The notes: generated by a model not told the origin, from the sequence alone. A DNA stretch of 64,000 nt from Zygnema circumcarinatum SAG 698-1b (GCA_037447605.1 CM074820.1:1488001-1552000); one strand, 5' to 3'; counted from the stretch's first letter, positions 39,148 to 55,260 are shown. Numbers and translations are program-made.

Positions 39148-39216
39148 GTCCCCAAGAAATTCGCCCCGATTTTGCCGAAACCACCTTTTTGTACGGTAAC
39201 TCTGTGTTATTCGTAC

Positions 39217-42088
39217 GGGTAACTCTACTGCACCCCCGCGTTTTGTCTTTCGCACCCCCGTTTTGAAAATTTTGCCTGCCCGTTTTGGTTACCCCCCAGT
39301 TTTGAATATTTCGGGAAAAAAAAAATTTCCCGCCCTCCCTCCCTCCTGCTCCCCTCCCCTCCCTCCCCCGCCCCCCTCCCCCTCCCCTCCCCTCCCTCCC
39401 CCTCCCCTCCCTCCCCTCCTGCTCTCCCTCCCCCTGCCCCGTCCTCCTCGTCCCTCCCCTCCCTTCCCTCCCCCTCCCCTCCCCTCCCCTCCCCTCTCCT
39501 CCCCCGCCCTCCCCTCCCCTCCCCTGCCCTGTCCTCCTCTCCCCTCCCGCCCGCTCCCCTCCCCTCCCTTCCCCTCCCTTGCCCTGCCCTCCCTTGCCCT
39601 CCCCTCCTCGTCTCTCCTCTTTTCGGTTTGCAATGTCCATAAAAATGCTACCAACTGAGTATGAGACCCGCAATGAGCTCGTACAAGTCGTCACCGAGCA
39701 CTACAAGGACGAAGGAGTTCAAATCAAGATCGGTAGGCATAGCGACAGCGGCCGACTCCACCTGCAATGCCTCAGTGGGGGAACCTACGTGAATAGAGGT
39801 CAGGAAGGGAGTAGCAAGAAGAGACATACCTCCAGCCGCTTGAAAAATTGCCCTTTTGAGATTAGGGCAGCGTTTTCCAAGAAGAAGGACATCTGGGTTA
39901 TAACATCCGTTGTTGAAGAGCACAACCACGTCATTTCTATTGGGTACGCCGAGGACAAGCGCTTGGATACTCGCGAGAAAGAATGTGTTCGAGAGATGGC
40001 ACGAAATGGCGCTACCGTTTCATCCATAATGTCTACCCTCCAATCGGTGTTTATGAACCAGCATACGACTAGAAAGGTAGTGTACAATGAGATAGCCGCA
40101 ATGAGGACAAATTTCTTGGCTGGTCGAACCCCCATTGTGGCCTTACTTGAAACCTTGAGCGATGGCAATTTCATCTTTGAAGTTAATACCGGGATTGACG
40201 GCGCTGTCAGAGGCCTGTTCTTTACTCACCGAGACTCAGCCAAGCTTGCGAATCAATACAACAATGTCTTTGTAATGGATGCGACTTACAAGACAAACCA
40301 GTTTGGAATGCCTTTGCTAAATATTGTGGGGATCACTCCTACTTATTCAAGTTTTAACGCAGGATTTGCGTTTTTATGGGAAGAAACTAAGGATGCGTAT
40401 GTTTGGGCGTTGCAAGCATTCCGCTCCGTAGTAACGCCCAAGCTCATTGCCACTGATCGGGAATTGGCATTGATCAACGCAATCTTAGAAGTCTTTCCTG
40501 GCAGTGTAAACATTTTATGTGTTTGGCACGTTAATAAGAACGTGCTTGCAAACACTAAGAAGCATTTCAAGGACAACGATGAGTTTGAGATATTTATGAA
40601 GATGTGGAATGCGTGCGTATATTCTAGTTGAGGAAGAAACTTTCAATGACAATTGGGCAGCAATGGAGAGTTATCCTGGCTCGATGGGATGGACAAGTGC
40701 CCTTCATTATGTGAGTAGGTGGTGGCTGGAGCACCGAGACAAATTCGTTAGATGCTTTGTTGACAAGAACTTGCACTTGGGAACAGGTTCTACATCTCGT
40801 GGGGAGGGAAACCATCATCTCCTAAAGCGGTACATCCAAATTCCAACACTCGATTTGCTTACAATTTTCCAACGGCTAAACCTCATGCTCCAAACCCAAT
40901 TCATCGAGCTCAAGCAGATGATCGAAGCCGACAAGGTTTTGATTGCTCATCATCACAACAAGCCATATTTGCAAGGGCTGCACGGGTTAGTTTCAAAGTT
41001 TGCTTTGCAAAAGTTGTACGATGAAGGAGAAGTTGCCGTGAAAGCGACAACACTGCGGCCTTGTAGTGGAGCATTTACTTCTACTTGGGGGCTCCCTTGT
41101 AAGCATCGAATTTCAGCAATCTTGGAGCAAGGGGAAAAAATTTTACTTGCAGACATCCATCAGCAGTGGTGGTTAAACCAGGATTTTATCCAAGTCCAGG
41201 AAGTGACCACAACCGCTGAAGTTGGATCATTTTTATCACGACGGGCAATGACAATCAAGGCATTAACAAGCAGGTTGTTTGCAAACGATTCTTCAGCAGC
41301 ATTGGTCCTTGCATCTCAAGTAGATGAACTATTGGCTGCCGAACCATTGCAGCTGCAAAACCCTCATCCAGTTATGAAGAAACGAGGTCGACCTTCTGGC
41401 TCGCGCAGTTTGGCAATCAGCCGGGACAAGAGCTATTTCGAGTATGCTGAAGGGAAAAAATGTTCCAATTGCAAGCAAGCAGGCCACAATTTAAGAACTT
41501 GCCTTAATTAGGGGGTTTATGATCGTAACGTGAAAGCAGAGAGTAACAGTTGCCCAACATTAGTGACCTTTGCAGTTGCGTTTAAGGTTGCGTTTTTGTA
41601 TTTAAGCTTAGTTTAGTTTAGTTTTTTGTTCTTAGTTTTTTTATTTTGTGCTTGGTTCATTTGCGACCAATGTCTTGTGGTTCCAATGTTGACTTTGTCC
41701 ATGTTTATTTGATGGCCTCACCATCTTGAGACCAATGCAAATCCCCTTGTCTTTTGTCGCACATTGTTGGAAGTCAATAGTGAAAAGGAGAAAACGAAGG
41801 GATGGAATGTCCAAAACATCATGAAAGGAATGGATGAAATAAAACAGCCTCCACTAAGGATCGAACTCGACACCTCCGGAAACCCACCCATTAGCTTTAC
41901 CGTTAAAAGGCAACCGTGGCCATAAATTATATAGCAGTTGACAACAGGAGACAACGGAGGGGAGGGGAGGGGCGGGAAAAAGAATTTTTCCCGAAATATT
42001 CAAAACTGGGGTGTAACCAAAACGGGCAGGCAAAATTTTCAAAACGGGGGTGCGAAAGACACAACGCGGGGGTGCAGTAGAGTTACCC
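39217..42088 (+). mobile_element. Mutator-like (MULE) DNA transposon, about 100-bp TIRs, 8-bp TSD ATTCGTAC
   Basis: TIR GGGTAACTCTACTGCACCCCCGCG at both ends with about 2 differences in 100 bp. The TSD is at 39209-39216 and 42089-42096. Confidence 0.93.
39633..41511 (+). CDS. MULE/FAR1-type transposase (about 625 aa if the +1 G near 40630 is removed)
   Basis: N-terminal WRKY/FAR1-like zinc finger (C...CPF...HNH), DDE residues in VMDATYKTN, IATDRELAL and RGEGNH, a CVWH motif, SWIM CSGAFTSTWGLPCKH and a C-terminal knuckle CSNCKQAGHNLRTC. Confidence 0.9.
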
Positions 42089-42125
42089 ATTCGTACTAAC
42101 CGTATTATCCGTACCNNNNNNNNNN

Positions 42126-44090
42126 ACCTTGAGCGATGGCAATTTCATCTTTGAAGTTAATACCGGGATTGACGGCGCTGTCAGAGGCCTGTTCTTTACT
42201 CACCGAGACTCAGCCAAGCTTGCGAATCAATACAACAATGTCTTTGTAATGGATGCGACTTACAAGACAAACCAGTTTGGAATGCCTTTGCTAAATATTG
42301 TGGGGATCACTCCTACTTATTCAAGTTTTAACGCAGGATTTGCGTTTTTATGGGAAGAAACTAAGGATGCGTATGTTTGGGCGTTGCAAGCATTCCGCTC
42401 CGTAGTAACGCCCAAGCTCATTGCCACTGATCGGGAATTGGCATTGATCAACGCAATCTTAGAAGTCTTTCCTGGCAGTGTAAACATTTTATGTGTTTGG
42501 CACGTTAATAAGAACGTGCTTGCAAACACTAAGAAGCATTTCAAGGACAACGATGAGTTTGAGATATTTATGAAGATGTGGAATGCGTGCGTATATTCTA
42601 TTGAGGAAGAAACTTTCAATGACAATTGGGCAGCAATGGAGAGTTATCCTGGCTCGATGGGATGGACAAGTGCCCTTCATTATGTGAGTAGGTGGTGGCT
42701 GGAGCACCGAGACAAATTCGTTAGATGCTTTGTTGACAAGAACTTGCACTTGGGAACAGGTTCTACATCTCGTGGGGAGGGAAACCATCATCTCCTAAAG
42801 CGGTACATCCAAATTCCAACACTCGATTTGCTTACAATTTTCCAACGGCTAAACCTCATGCTCCAAACCCAATTCATCGAGCTCAAGCAGATGATCGAAG
42901 CCGACAAGGTTTTGATTGCTCATCATCACAACAAGCCATATTTGCAAGGGCTGCACGGGTTAGTTTCAAAGTTTGCTTTGCAAAAGTTGTACGATGAAGG
43001 AGAAGTTGCCGTGAAAGCGACAACACTGCGGCCTTGTAGTGGAGCATTTACTTCTACTTGGGGGCTCCCTTGTAAGCATCGAATTTCAGCAATCTTGGAG
43101 CAAGGGGGGAAAAAATTTTACTTGCAGACATCCATCAGCAGTGGTGGTTAAACCAGGATTTTATCCAAGTCCAGGAAGTGACCACAACCGCTGAAGTTGG
43201 ATCATTTTTATCACGACGGGCAATGACAATCAAGGCATTAACAAGCAGGTTGTTTGCAAACGATTCTTCAGCAGCATTGGTCCTTGCATCTCAAGTAGAT
43301 GAACTATTGGCTGCCGAACCATTGCAGCTGCAAAACCCTCATCCAGTTATGAAGAAACGAGGTCGACCTTCTGGCTCGCGCAGTTTGGCAATCAGCCGGG
43401 ACAAGAGCTATTTCGAGTATGCTGAAGGGAAAAAATGTTCCAATTGCAAGCAAGCAGGCCACAATTTAAGAACTTGCCTTAATTAGGGGGTTTATGATCG
43501 TAACGTGAAAGCAGAGAGTAACAGTTGCCCAACATTAGTGACCTTTGCAGTTGCGTTTAAGGTTGCGTTTTTGTATTTAAGCTTAGTTTAGTTTAGTTTT
43601 TTGTTCTTAGTTTTTTTATTTTGTGCTTGGTTCATTTGCGACCAATGTCTTGTGGTTCCAATGTTGACTTTGTCCATGTTTATTTGATGGCCTCACCATC
43701 TTGAGACCAATGCAAATCCCCTTGTCTTTTGTCGCACATTGTTGGAAGTCAATAGTGAAAAGGAGAAAACGAAGGGATGGAATGTCCAAAACATCATGAA
43801 AGGAATGGATGAAATAAAACAGCCTCCACTAAGGATCGAACTCGACACCTCCGGAAACCCACCCATTAGCTTTACCGTTAAAAGGCAACCGTGGCCATAA
43901 ATTATATAGCAGTTGACAACAGGAGACAACGGAGGGGAGGGGAGGGGCGGGAAAAAGAATTTTTCCCGAAATATTCAAAACTGGGGTGTAACCAAAACGG
44001 GCAGGCAAAATTTTCAAAACGGGGGTGCGAAAGACACAACGCGGGGGTGCAGTAGAGTTACCCATTCGTACTAACCGTATTATCCGTACC
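42126..44090 (+). other. Second copy of the MULE 3' portion plus flank, probably an assembly duplication
   Basis: Repeats 40152-42115, including the TSD and flank ATTCGTACTAACCGTATTATCCGTACC, immediately after a 10-N gap. It differs only by two small indels that I could find. Confidence 0.8.
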
Positions 44091-44602
44091 CCTAAAACCC
44101 TAAAACCCTAGAAACCCTAGAAACCCTAGAAACCGTACTATCCGTACTATTCGTACTATCCGTACTTGCTGTACTAGCCGTTACGGGCTTCAGCAAAACA
44201 CACCGAATCTTCCCGCACGTGCCGCCGTAAGAGGCGCTCGCTCGTCTTTCCTCCTTTTTGGCTCCGATACGATACGATTCTGCGGGATACGGTACGATAC
44301 GGTACGATATGGTGCGGTACGATACGTACGCTCCAACATGAACTCTAACAATACCGCGCGTCTATTGGTAACACGAACCTTCTATTTGCAAAAATCAATA
44401 TTTTCGCCTCATATTTGCCAAAACCATGGCGAAAATATGAGGACTGTTGACTGTACGACACGCTACGGCATGGTACGGACTCGGACTTCCGTACAATCAC
44501 GCCTCCAACATCTGCAAGACACATCTAACCTCACAAGAGAGTCCATGTCCCACAAGACATTGTACGGTCTCTAGTGCCGTAGAACAGTTTTAACTGTTCT
44601 CT

Positions 44603-44814
44603 GGCTTTCCGCAAGGGGAAGTCTGAAAGCAGCATTTGAGGGTTCCGTAAACTTTGGCTTTCCGCAAGGGGAAGTCTGAAAGCAGCATTTGAGGGTTCCG
44701 TAAACTTTGGCTTTCCGCAAGGGGAAGTCTGAAAGCAGCATTTGAGGGTTCCGTAAACTTTGGCTTTCCGCAAGGGGAAGTCTGAAAGCAGCATTTGAGG
44801 GTTCCGTAAACTTT
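44603..44814. repeat. Perfect 53-bp minisatellite, 4 copies
   Basis: Unit GGCTTTCCGCAAGGGGAAGTCTGAAAGCAGCATTTGAGGGTTCCGTAAACTTT starting at 44603, 44656, 44709 and 44762. Confidence 0.95.
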
Positions 44815-45093
44815 CTGTCAATTACAAAACTCCGAAAAAGTGGAAAACTGCAAAATCCCTCCAGAATTTCGTGGTTTCAAACCTCTCGAGGTAGCTTAGG
44901 AATCGGGAAACTTTAAACGCTTGAACGACTTAAGGACTAAATAACAAATGGTTCTAAGCAGCTCCAAAGATTGCTTACTTCCCATTCGGGACATGCCTCA
45001 CCCTGCAGTGCCATCGCACCAAATATCTCTACAAAACTGAAGTTAAAAGTACGGACAACCTCCCCCTCTGCCTGCCGCAGCCTCTCCTTCCCA

Positions 45094-48098
<3,005 letters not shown>

Positions 48099-49890
48099 GT
48101 CTGCAAGGAGGAGGGCTGGGCTGTGAGATCAACCCTAATTCCTGAACCCTAAAACTCGAATCTTGAAGTCTAAACTTAAAAAAAAAAATCGAACCCCGAA
48201 CCTTTAAAAACCTGATTTTGAACCCTGAACTCTGAAATCTGAACCCTAAAAACCTGATCCTGAACCCTGAACCCTAAAAGTCGAACCCTGAACCTGAGTC
48301 CTAAAATCAAGCCATGCACTCTGAACCCTAAAACCCGCCCCCTGAACCTTGAACCCTAATCCCCGCCCCCTGAACCCTACAAGCTGACCTCAAACTCTGA
48401 AAATGTTCTGCGGTTTACAGAGTATCGATTCAAGGTTTCAGGGTTGTCAACATTTTGCCGCTTTGCGGTAATTTTAGGGTTTGCTCAAATCGTCGGTTTT
48501 GAGGTCCATTAGAAAACATGCACTGACTGACTGCGCTTGGATGAAACCTTCAACGCGGACCCAAGTAACTTTTTCTAAGAGAATTGGTTTCTTGCATTGC
48601 TGAACAAACGATTACCTTGTTCTTTGTCTCACAGAGTCCTTGTTTCGCTTTTGGAATCACAAATCGGGATGGAGAAATTCAGTGAATGTTTTGCCTTAAT
48701 TCTCCGAAGACCCGAAATGTTTATAAGCCCCAAATTCAGCAGACCCGGAGTAGCCCAGCTGTTCGCCTCGTCACTCCCCTCCTGCCTCCTCCCTCCTCCC
48801 TCCTCCCTCCTCCCTCCTCCCTCCTCCCTCCTCACTCCCATCTCCCTCCCAACTCTCCCGCTCTCCTTTCCCTCTCTTTGCTCCCTGCCTTCCCTCGGTC
48901 TTCTATCCTTCCTCTCATCCTCAAACACTCTCCTTCCTCCCTCTCACTTTGATTCTTACTCTCTCCACTTCCCTCGTCCCTTCCTCCTTTCCCTGCAACC
49001 TCTGTCCCTCTCTGTGACTTCGCCTCTCCCTTGCCTTGAAAAGTGCTCTTTGCAGCTTAGCTTAATTTTTTGACTCATTCAACTTCAATTGGAGACTCTT
49101 ATCCAGATTCTTTTTATTGAAATGTTGTTTCAGGGCTACAAAGAAACGGCGACTAGCCTTTGCGATGATAGGAAAGTTCCAAGAAAGTCACTTTCAAGGT
49201 GGACTTGAGAGCCTCCATATGCATTATTTTCCCTTACATGACATCAATGCCCTTCCCATTTTACCCGTTTTCAAATGCTGCACAGGGCCAATAGGGGATC
49301 CATGGATGCCATGTCATGCCAGTGCTGACATCAATCCAAGCTCCTAAAGAATAGGTCATGATCAATATCTAGTGCTTGAGAATTTGTCATCCTTCTCCAT
49401 GCACATGCTTTTGCACATCACCCCTCCTACTTGGTTGCACATTCAAAACGATTTTTAGGGATTGCTCCAAAACACATTCTCAAAATTGGGACAACATATT
49501 CACAAAGAACCTTTTAGAAAAGGGCAGAGGAACAAACTTCACAGGGCCCCCCTTTAAGATTTCGACCAAACGCCACAAATCCTCTACCCACACTGACGTG
49601 CATAGCTAAGGCTTCAGAAATTTAGATTAGGGTTTGGGTTTGGGTTTGGGTTTAGATTTGAATCCAGCATTGGGAACTTCTAAAATAAAGCATCTTTTAC
49701 TACACTGCTTCCTAGAATAAATATCTCTCTTCTCAGGCGGCTCTATTATGCGTCAGAGCTAAGAGATTTTGAATGTGTCTCCTTTCAGTGGTGACGGTAG
49801 AGAGAGGGAGAGTGTGAATGAGAGAGAGAGAAAGAAAGAACGAGAGAGAGAGAGAGCGAGGAGTTACTCTTTCCTCGATCCCCTCTTCCT

Positions 49891-52432
49891 CTACTTCTCA
49901 GTGCGGTACATTTCGGGCTCGAGGTTGATCTCCCTCTCGGGTTTCGCCATTTCCAGGCCGATGAAGGCAAAGAGGAAAAGGACTGTGTAGATAATGTAGT
50001 ACTCGGGCTGCAATGCGAGAGAGTGAGAGAGAGGGAGAGAGTTAGAGAGAGAGAGAGGGAAGGGGAGAGAGAGAGAGAGCAGTTTCAGTACAACGTCACG
50101 TCAACACCGCCAAGCATGCTCCATCATCCAGAATCTTAAATCATTCCCTTCAAAACTTTCTCTCCGCCTATTCAAGGAACTCTCCCTTCGCTCATTCGTC
50201 TCCACTTTGCTAAAATTCCACTGCTCGTTCGTCGACCTTCCTGAATGACCTGATTGCCATGAATTGAACAGCCATTTCTCTATTTCCTCCAACTATATTT
50301 CATAAAAACTGATTTAACGCCAACAAATAATATAATTGTCTCCTTATAGGACCTTTCTAAAACATGGCAAAAAACCGGTTTCCCCATACTGCTCTCGCAT
50401 CTACTCTAATAAATCATTGAGATGCCTCAGCAATTATTCATATTCAGAGGATAACTTTAGGCGATATCTACTTCCCTCTCCCTCACCTTCTCTCCCCGCT
50501 CCCTCTCCCTCTCCTTCTCCCTCATCTTCTCTCTCCCTCACCTCCTCTCTCCCTCACCTTCTCTCCCTCTCCGTCTCCGTCTCCCTCTCTCACTCCCTCT
50601 ACCTCTCCCTCTCCCTCTCCCTCTCCCTCTCCCTCTCCCTCTCTCTCTCCCTCTCCCTCATCTTCTCTCCCACACCTTCTCTACCTTTCCCTCTCCCTCT
50701 CCCTCTCCCTCTCCATCTCCATCTCCAACTCCTTCTCCCTCTCTCTCTCCATCCTCCTCCCACTCCCTCCGCCCCTTCCCCTTTCCTTCCCCCATCCTAA
50801 TTCTCCATCCTTTTTCGTTTTCCCTATGCAAGTATCAAACCCTAATTCATAAAAACACACTATATGCAAAAAAAATGATAGAAAGGCGTCCGTATGCTGG
50901 CTGACCTCGAGGCCGAGAGCCACCATAACGAAGAAGTTGGGAAGGAACAGATAAGAAATCCACTCTGCCACATCCACACTTTCAAATTTGTGAGTAAAAT
51001 AGACAGTCGATTGTAAAATAAAAAAATCCGAAAGCCATAAGCGAAGCCTCAAACGTTAAAATCCTTAGACGACAATCGTCCTTAAGAATAAACCTCAACT
51101 GCGAGTTAAGGTCTGCTTACTTTGCACGCCAGTTGGGCCTCCTGCTTTCTCCAAAGCAAGATTCCACTGCTCTGAGAATGTTCCTGCAGAAGAAAACCCC
51201 CACACATTCAAGATTGAGTGTGAAGAAAGAAATGCTTTTAGGCTTTTCCAGCATTCAATGCGGAATTGGGTGCATGTTGAACGAGTTGCTTTCCCAACAT
51301 CATCACTATTGAGAAAATGACGGATTCCAAACAACATTTTCAGGAGAGAGATGCAAGACCCACCAAGGAAACTGCATGAAGGGTCGCACCACAGAATGCT
51401 GTGTAAAGGTAAATGACAGCGCATGCACACAATCAAGCGATGCTCTATGATACCACGGCTACTCAATTCATTCCCTTCCCCGTAATCCAGAAATGCTGAA
51501 TTCTTTCAGAATTGCAGGTATGTTTTATCAGACGTACCCTCATCGCCTTCGTGAAAGGAATGTGCTCCATCAATCTTGCCGTACTTGAAGGTTCCATCCT
51601 GCGGAGCCACAGCCTCGCATGCCCATCAGACGCAATCCAACATCGTCCGTATCCCCTCTCTCCCTATCACCCGCTCTCCCTCTCTCCCTCTCTCCCTCTC
51701 TCCCTCTCTCCCTCTCTCCCTCTCTCCCTCTCTCCCTCTCTCCCTCTCTCCCTCTCTCCCTCTCTCCCTCTCCCTATCGCTCTCTCATCCTCGCATATCG
51801 CTCTAAGCTTCAAAATACAACCCTAACATGTGACAACGAAGGCAGAAGTGTTGGAGTACGAACCATTCCCTGAGTCAAACTATAACCTGAAAACAACCAA
51901 GTAACCAACAAACCACAACCTCCTGAAAACTGAACTCAACGAAAAACCAAAACACCCCCCCCTGAAGAACTAAACTATAACCTTCAAAAAGAATGAAACC
52001 CAAAAATCCGCATCGACCTCATCCCCTAATCCACGCAGGCCCAACTGAATCTGCGCAGAACCAACTACCCATTAAGACCCTTTCCGCAACTGTGCAGACA
52101 AACCAGAAACCACATAGAAACCGGAACCCATATACCCATACCCCAAGAAACCCTAATTTTCCAAACGGCGAAAGAAAGCTCCTCACCGCTTCCATCTCCT
52201 CTCCCGGAATCCCCCATGGCGTCACATAGTCCTCATTCAGATCCGGCTCCACACCGCTCGCTCCATGGCCGGCCATGGCTACCACTCTGCCCTTCCCTCC
52301 AATGCGCTTCTGCAGAGCCCCCATGGACATGGCTCGCCCGCCCACGGCAGCGCGCACAGACGTCCTGTTGCTGCTGCAGCAGCCATGGACATGTGGCAGC
52401 AAGCTGAGGCCCTGCACTTGCGAGACCGCCAT
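49891..52432 (-). CDS. PnsB5: Photosynthetic NDH subunit of subcomplex B 5 (PnsB5/NDH18, PAM68-like), chloroplast
   Basis: Transit peptide followed by GVEPDLNED, DGTFKYGKIDGAHSFHEGDE|GTF, WISYLFLP and EMAKPEREINLEPEMYRTEK. These are colinear with my recollection of Arabidopsis NDH18 (IEPDINED, FKYGYYDGAH, EMDKP...FEPQIY). Five exons in phase. Confidence 0.8.
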
Positions 52433-53048
52433 GGCGGATTTCTGGAGGAGACGAGAGTGGTGGAGAGATAGAGAGGGAGAGGGGGAGGGAAATGGAGCAA
52501 ACTGGAGCGTAAAGGGACGACCTTTCTCCGCTGTGAACTCTTCTCAGCCCATCCAATGGCGACAGGCCAAGTGTCTAATTAATGGACACGTGGCTCATTT
52601 CCATTGGAGGTTTTCAGATATCTGGAAGCAGAGAGGCGCTGCTGCTTGGGGCAAAAAGAGATAGGTGTGGTATTGGTCTCAAGATGGGTATTGCCATGAA
52701 ACATGGACATGGAAATCAACAACAACAACAACATGGGAAACCACGAGGAACCAACCACTCATAAAGGGCTCTTAGAACGAAAAAAAAAAGATCTATGAGC
52801 GGAGCTCTCTTCTAGGCCCAACAACAATACGGCTCTAGAAGCAGCCAATCAATGATTTTGGAACATTGTAGTCCCCTAGGTCCTCGTGGTTGTTGTTGCC
52901 CATGCCCCTACTTCATGAGATCAATACCAATTCATACTCAAATTCTGAAATGTTCCTTTTAAAACTTTTTAGCTCGTACCCAGAATCAACTTTTTATGTA
53001 GACTTGCTTTTTACATACCTTTTTTGCCTAGAAACACACCTTAAAAAA

Positions 53049-53977
53049 GGGTAGTGTTATTTCCACCCCTTTTTTGGATCCAAACACCCCTTCCCGGCCG
53101 GGCAGATTTCAAAAGGGATTAAAAACAGAAAATGCTTCTTACACACCTTTTTGGAATCGATACCCACCTTCTTCCGTCGGCTGATTTTATTTTTGCTAAC
53201 CAAGGAAAATGATACCCCGTCACCGCATTTTGAATACTGTATCCCGCCTCCCTGAATTTTTTTTTGAGGGAAAGAAATGTCTGCTTGCCCGAATTCGCTC
53301 AGAGCGGAAGATCCGTCCGCCACGAGATCGTTCGCGGGTGTCCGTCCTTCACACGTGTGTGTCAATCGCAGCTGTCGATTCCCTCGCAGATCACACCACT
53401 GCAGACCACCGTTCGATCTGCAGCCGGCTCGATCTTAGCGAATGGAAAGCGCTCACGAGTCCCGTCAAAGCCAAATCGCACGAGCGAGTGCGCTTGTCCC
53501 TCGGCCCGAGATCTCGTCATTGTTAGCTCCCAGCCAATCATCATCTGCCACGTGTTACATTTTTGACGTGGAACTTTTGACTGGTCTAAGATCTCAATGT
53601 ACGAAAACTTGGGTTCCTCAAGTTGCGACCGTACGAAATGTGTACCGACAAACATTTGAGTGGACTTTGGCGGGATACGTGGACACGTGCCATGCGCTGT
53701 GACCGAGCCCGGCTGCCGAATCAAATGATCTGCTGTGTTGCGATCTGCGAGGGAATCGACGGCTGCGATTGACCGCACGCGTGAATAAAAATTCAGGTAG
53801 GCGGGATATTCAAATGTGACGGGTTATCATTTTCCTTGTTTCGCAGAAATAAAATCTGCCGATGGAGGGTGGTATCGATTCCAAAAAGGTGTGAAAAAAG
53901 CATTTTCCGTTTTTAATCCTTTTTGAAATCTGCCCGGCCGGGAAGGGGTGTTTGGATCCAAAAAAGGGGTGGAAATA
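53049..53977. mobile_element. Second copy of the long-TIR MITE family, inverted relative to the 13967 copy; right end truncated by gap
   Basis: Same GGGTAGTG(T/A)TATTTCCACCCC TIR. Its internal sequence is the reverse complement of 14200-14700. Confidence 0.88.
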
Positions 53978-53987
53978 NNNNNNNNNN

Positions 53988-54603
53988 TTCCCTCGCAGAT
54001 CGCACCACTGCAGATCACCGTTCGATCTGCAGCCGGGCTCGATCTTAGCGAATGGAAAGCGCCCACGAGTCCCGCCAAAGCCGGATCGCACTTGCGAGTG
54101 CGCGCGTCCCTCGGCCCGAGATCTCGTGCATTGTCAGCTTTCAGCCAATCAACATCTGCCACGTGTTAAATTTTTGACGTGGAAAACTTTGATTGGTCCA
54201 AGCTCTCAATGTACGAAATATTGGGTTCCTCAAAGTTGCGACCGTACGACATTTGTATGGATAAACTTTTCAGACGAGTTTGGCGGGATACGTGGGCACG
54301 TGCCATTCGCTGTGACCGAGCCCGGCTGCAGAGCAAAAAGTGATCTGCCGTGTTGCGATCTGCGGGGGAATCGACGGCTGCGATTGACCGCACGCGTGAA
54401 AAAAAAAATTAGGCAGGCGGGATATTCAAAATGGGGTGACGGGTTATTTCCTTGTTTCGCAAAAATAAAATCTGCCGATGGAGGGTGGGTATCGATTCCA
54501 AAAAGGTGTGAAAAAAGCATTTTCCGTTTTTAATCCTTTTTGAAATCTGCCCGGCCGGGAAGGGGTGTTTGGATCCAAAAAAGGGGTGGAAATATCACTA
54601 CCC
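53988..54603. mobile_element. Third, partial copy of the long-TIR MITE family
   Basis: Matches the 3' two-thirds of the 53049 copy with many substitutions and ends with GGAAATATCACTACCC. Confidence 0.85.
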
Positions 54604-55260
54604 TAAAAAAATCCCAAAACCCTAAAATCCCTGTAAAACCTGACCATCGACGAAAGGTGTGTATCTAGCCAAAAAAGGTGCCTGAATTGGTCCCAAGTTG
54701 TTTTTCCTTTTGTAACGAAGCTTTTCGACACGTGGACATTTCCCATTCGCTGGCTCACTTTCACCGTAAACCGTAAACCGTAAAGTCAGCCCTTCCTGTA
54801 AAGTCATCCTATGCCGGAAAGTCAGCCCATTCCGTAAAGTCAGCCCAGTCTCGACTGGCCATGATGACCTCACAACATGGACTGTAACATCTATATGACG
54901 CCATCATGTACGGATAACTCCTCGTTCTTTGGCGTTCCATCCAGCCATGCGCGAACATAACATGCATGCTAACACGAAAACGACGTCATCATGATCCGTA
55001 TGTCTATGATGACTACAGTATCCGGTCACGTACCGTCCAGGCACACGTCATCACAACGGCGTTGCCGAGCATAGAACGCGATCCAAATTTTCCCTCCCCA
55101 CTCTGATTTTCCAGCCATTTTCCGCACATAATTCAGCCATTAATCAAACTTATTTCTTTTTTATTAAATAAAAATAAAAGAAAAAAACAGCCGCTCTCAA
55201 AGCCCTTTCCCTCACCTTATGACCTCCCCGCTCCCTCTTCCTCTCCCTCTCTCTCCCGAC

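Noticed and set aside
44603-44814. Possible CRISPR array or hammerhead ribozyme
   Set aside because: The units are contiguous with no spacers, no cas genes are present, and the hammerhead core CUGANGA...GAAA is absent.
48540-49770. Possible small plus-strand gene between TAD2 and PnsB5 (an in-phase chain of four mini-exons, about 53 aa, can be built)
   Set aside because: No recognisable motif, and the many alternative splice choices make a chance phase match likely. It needs RNA evidence.
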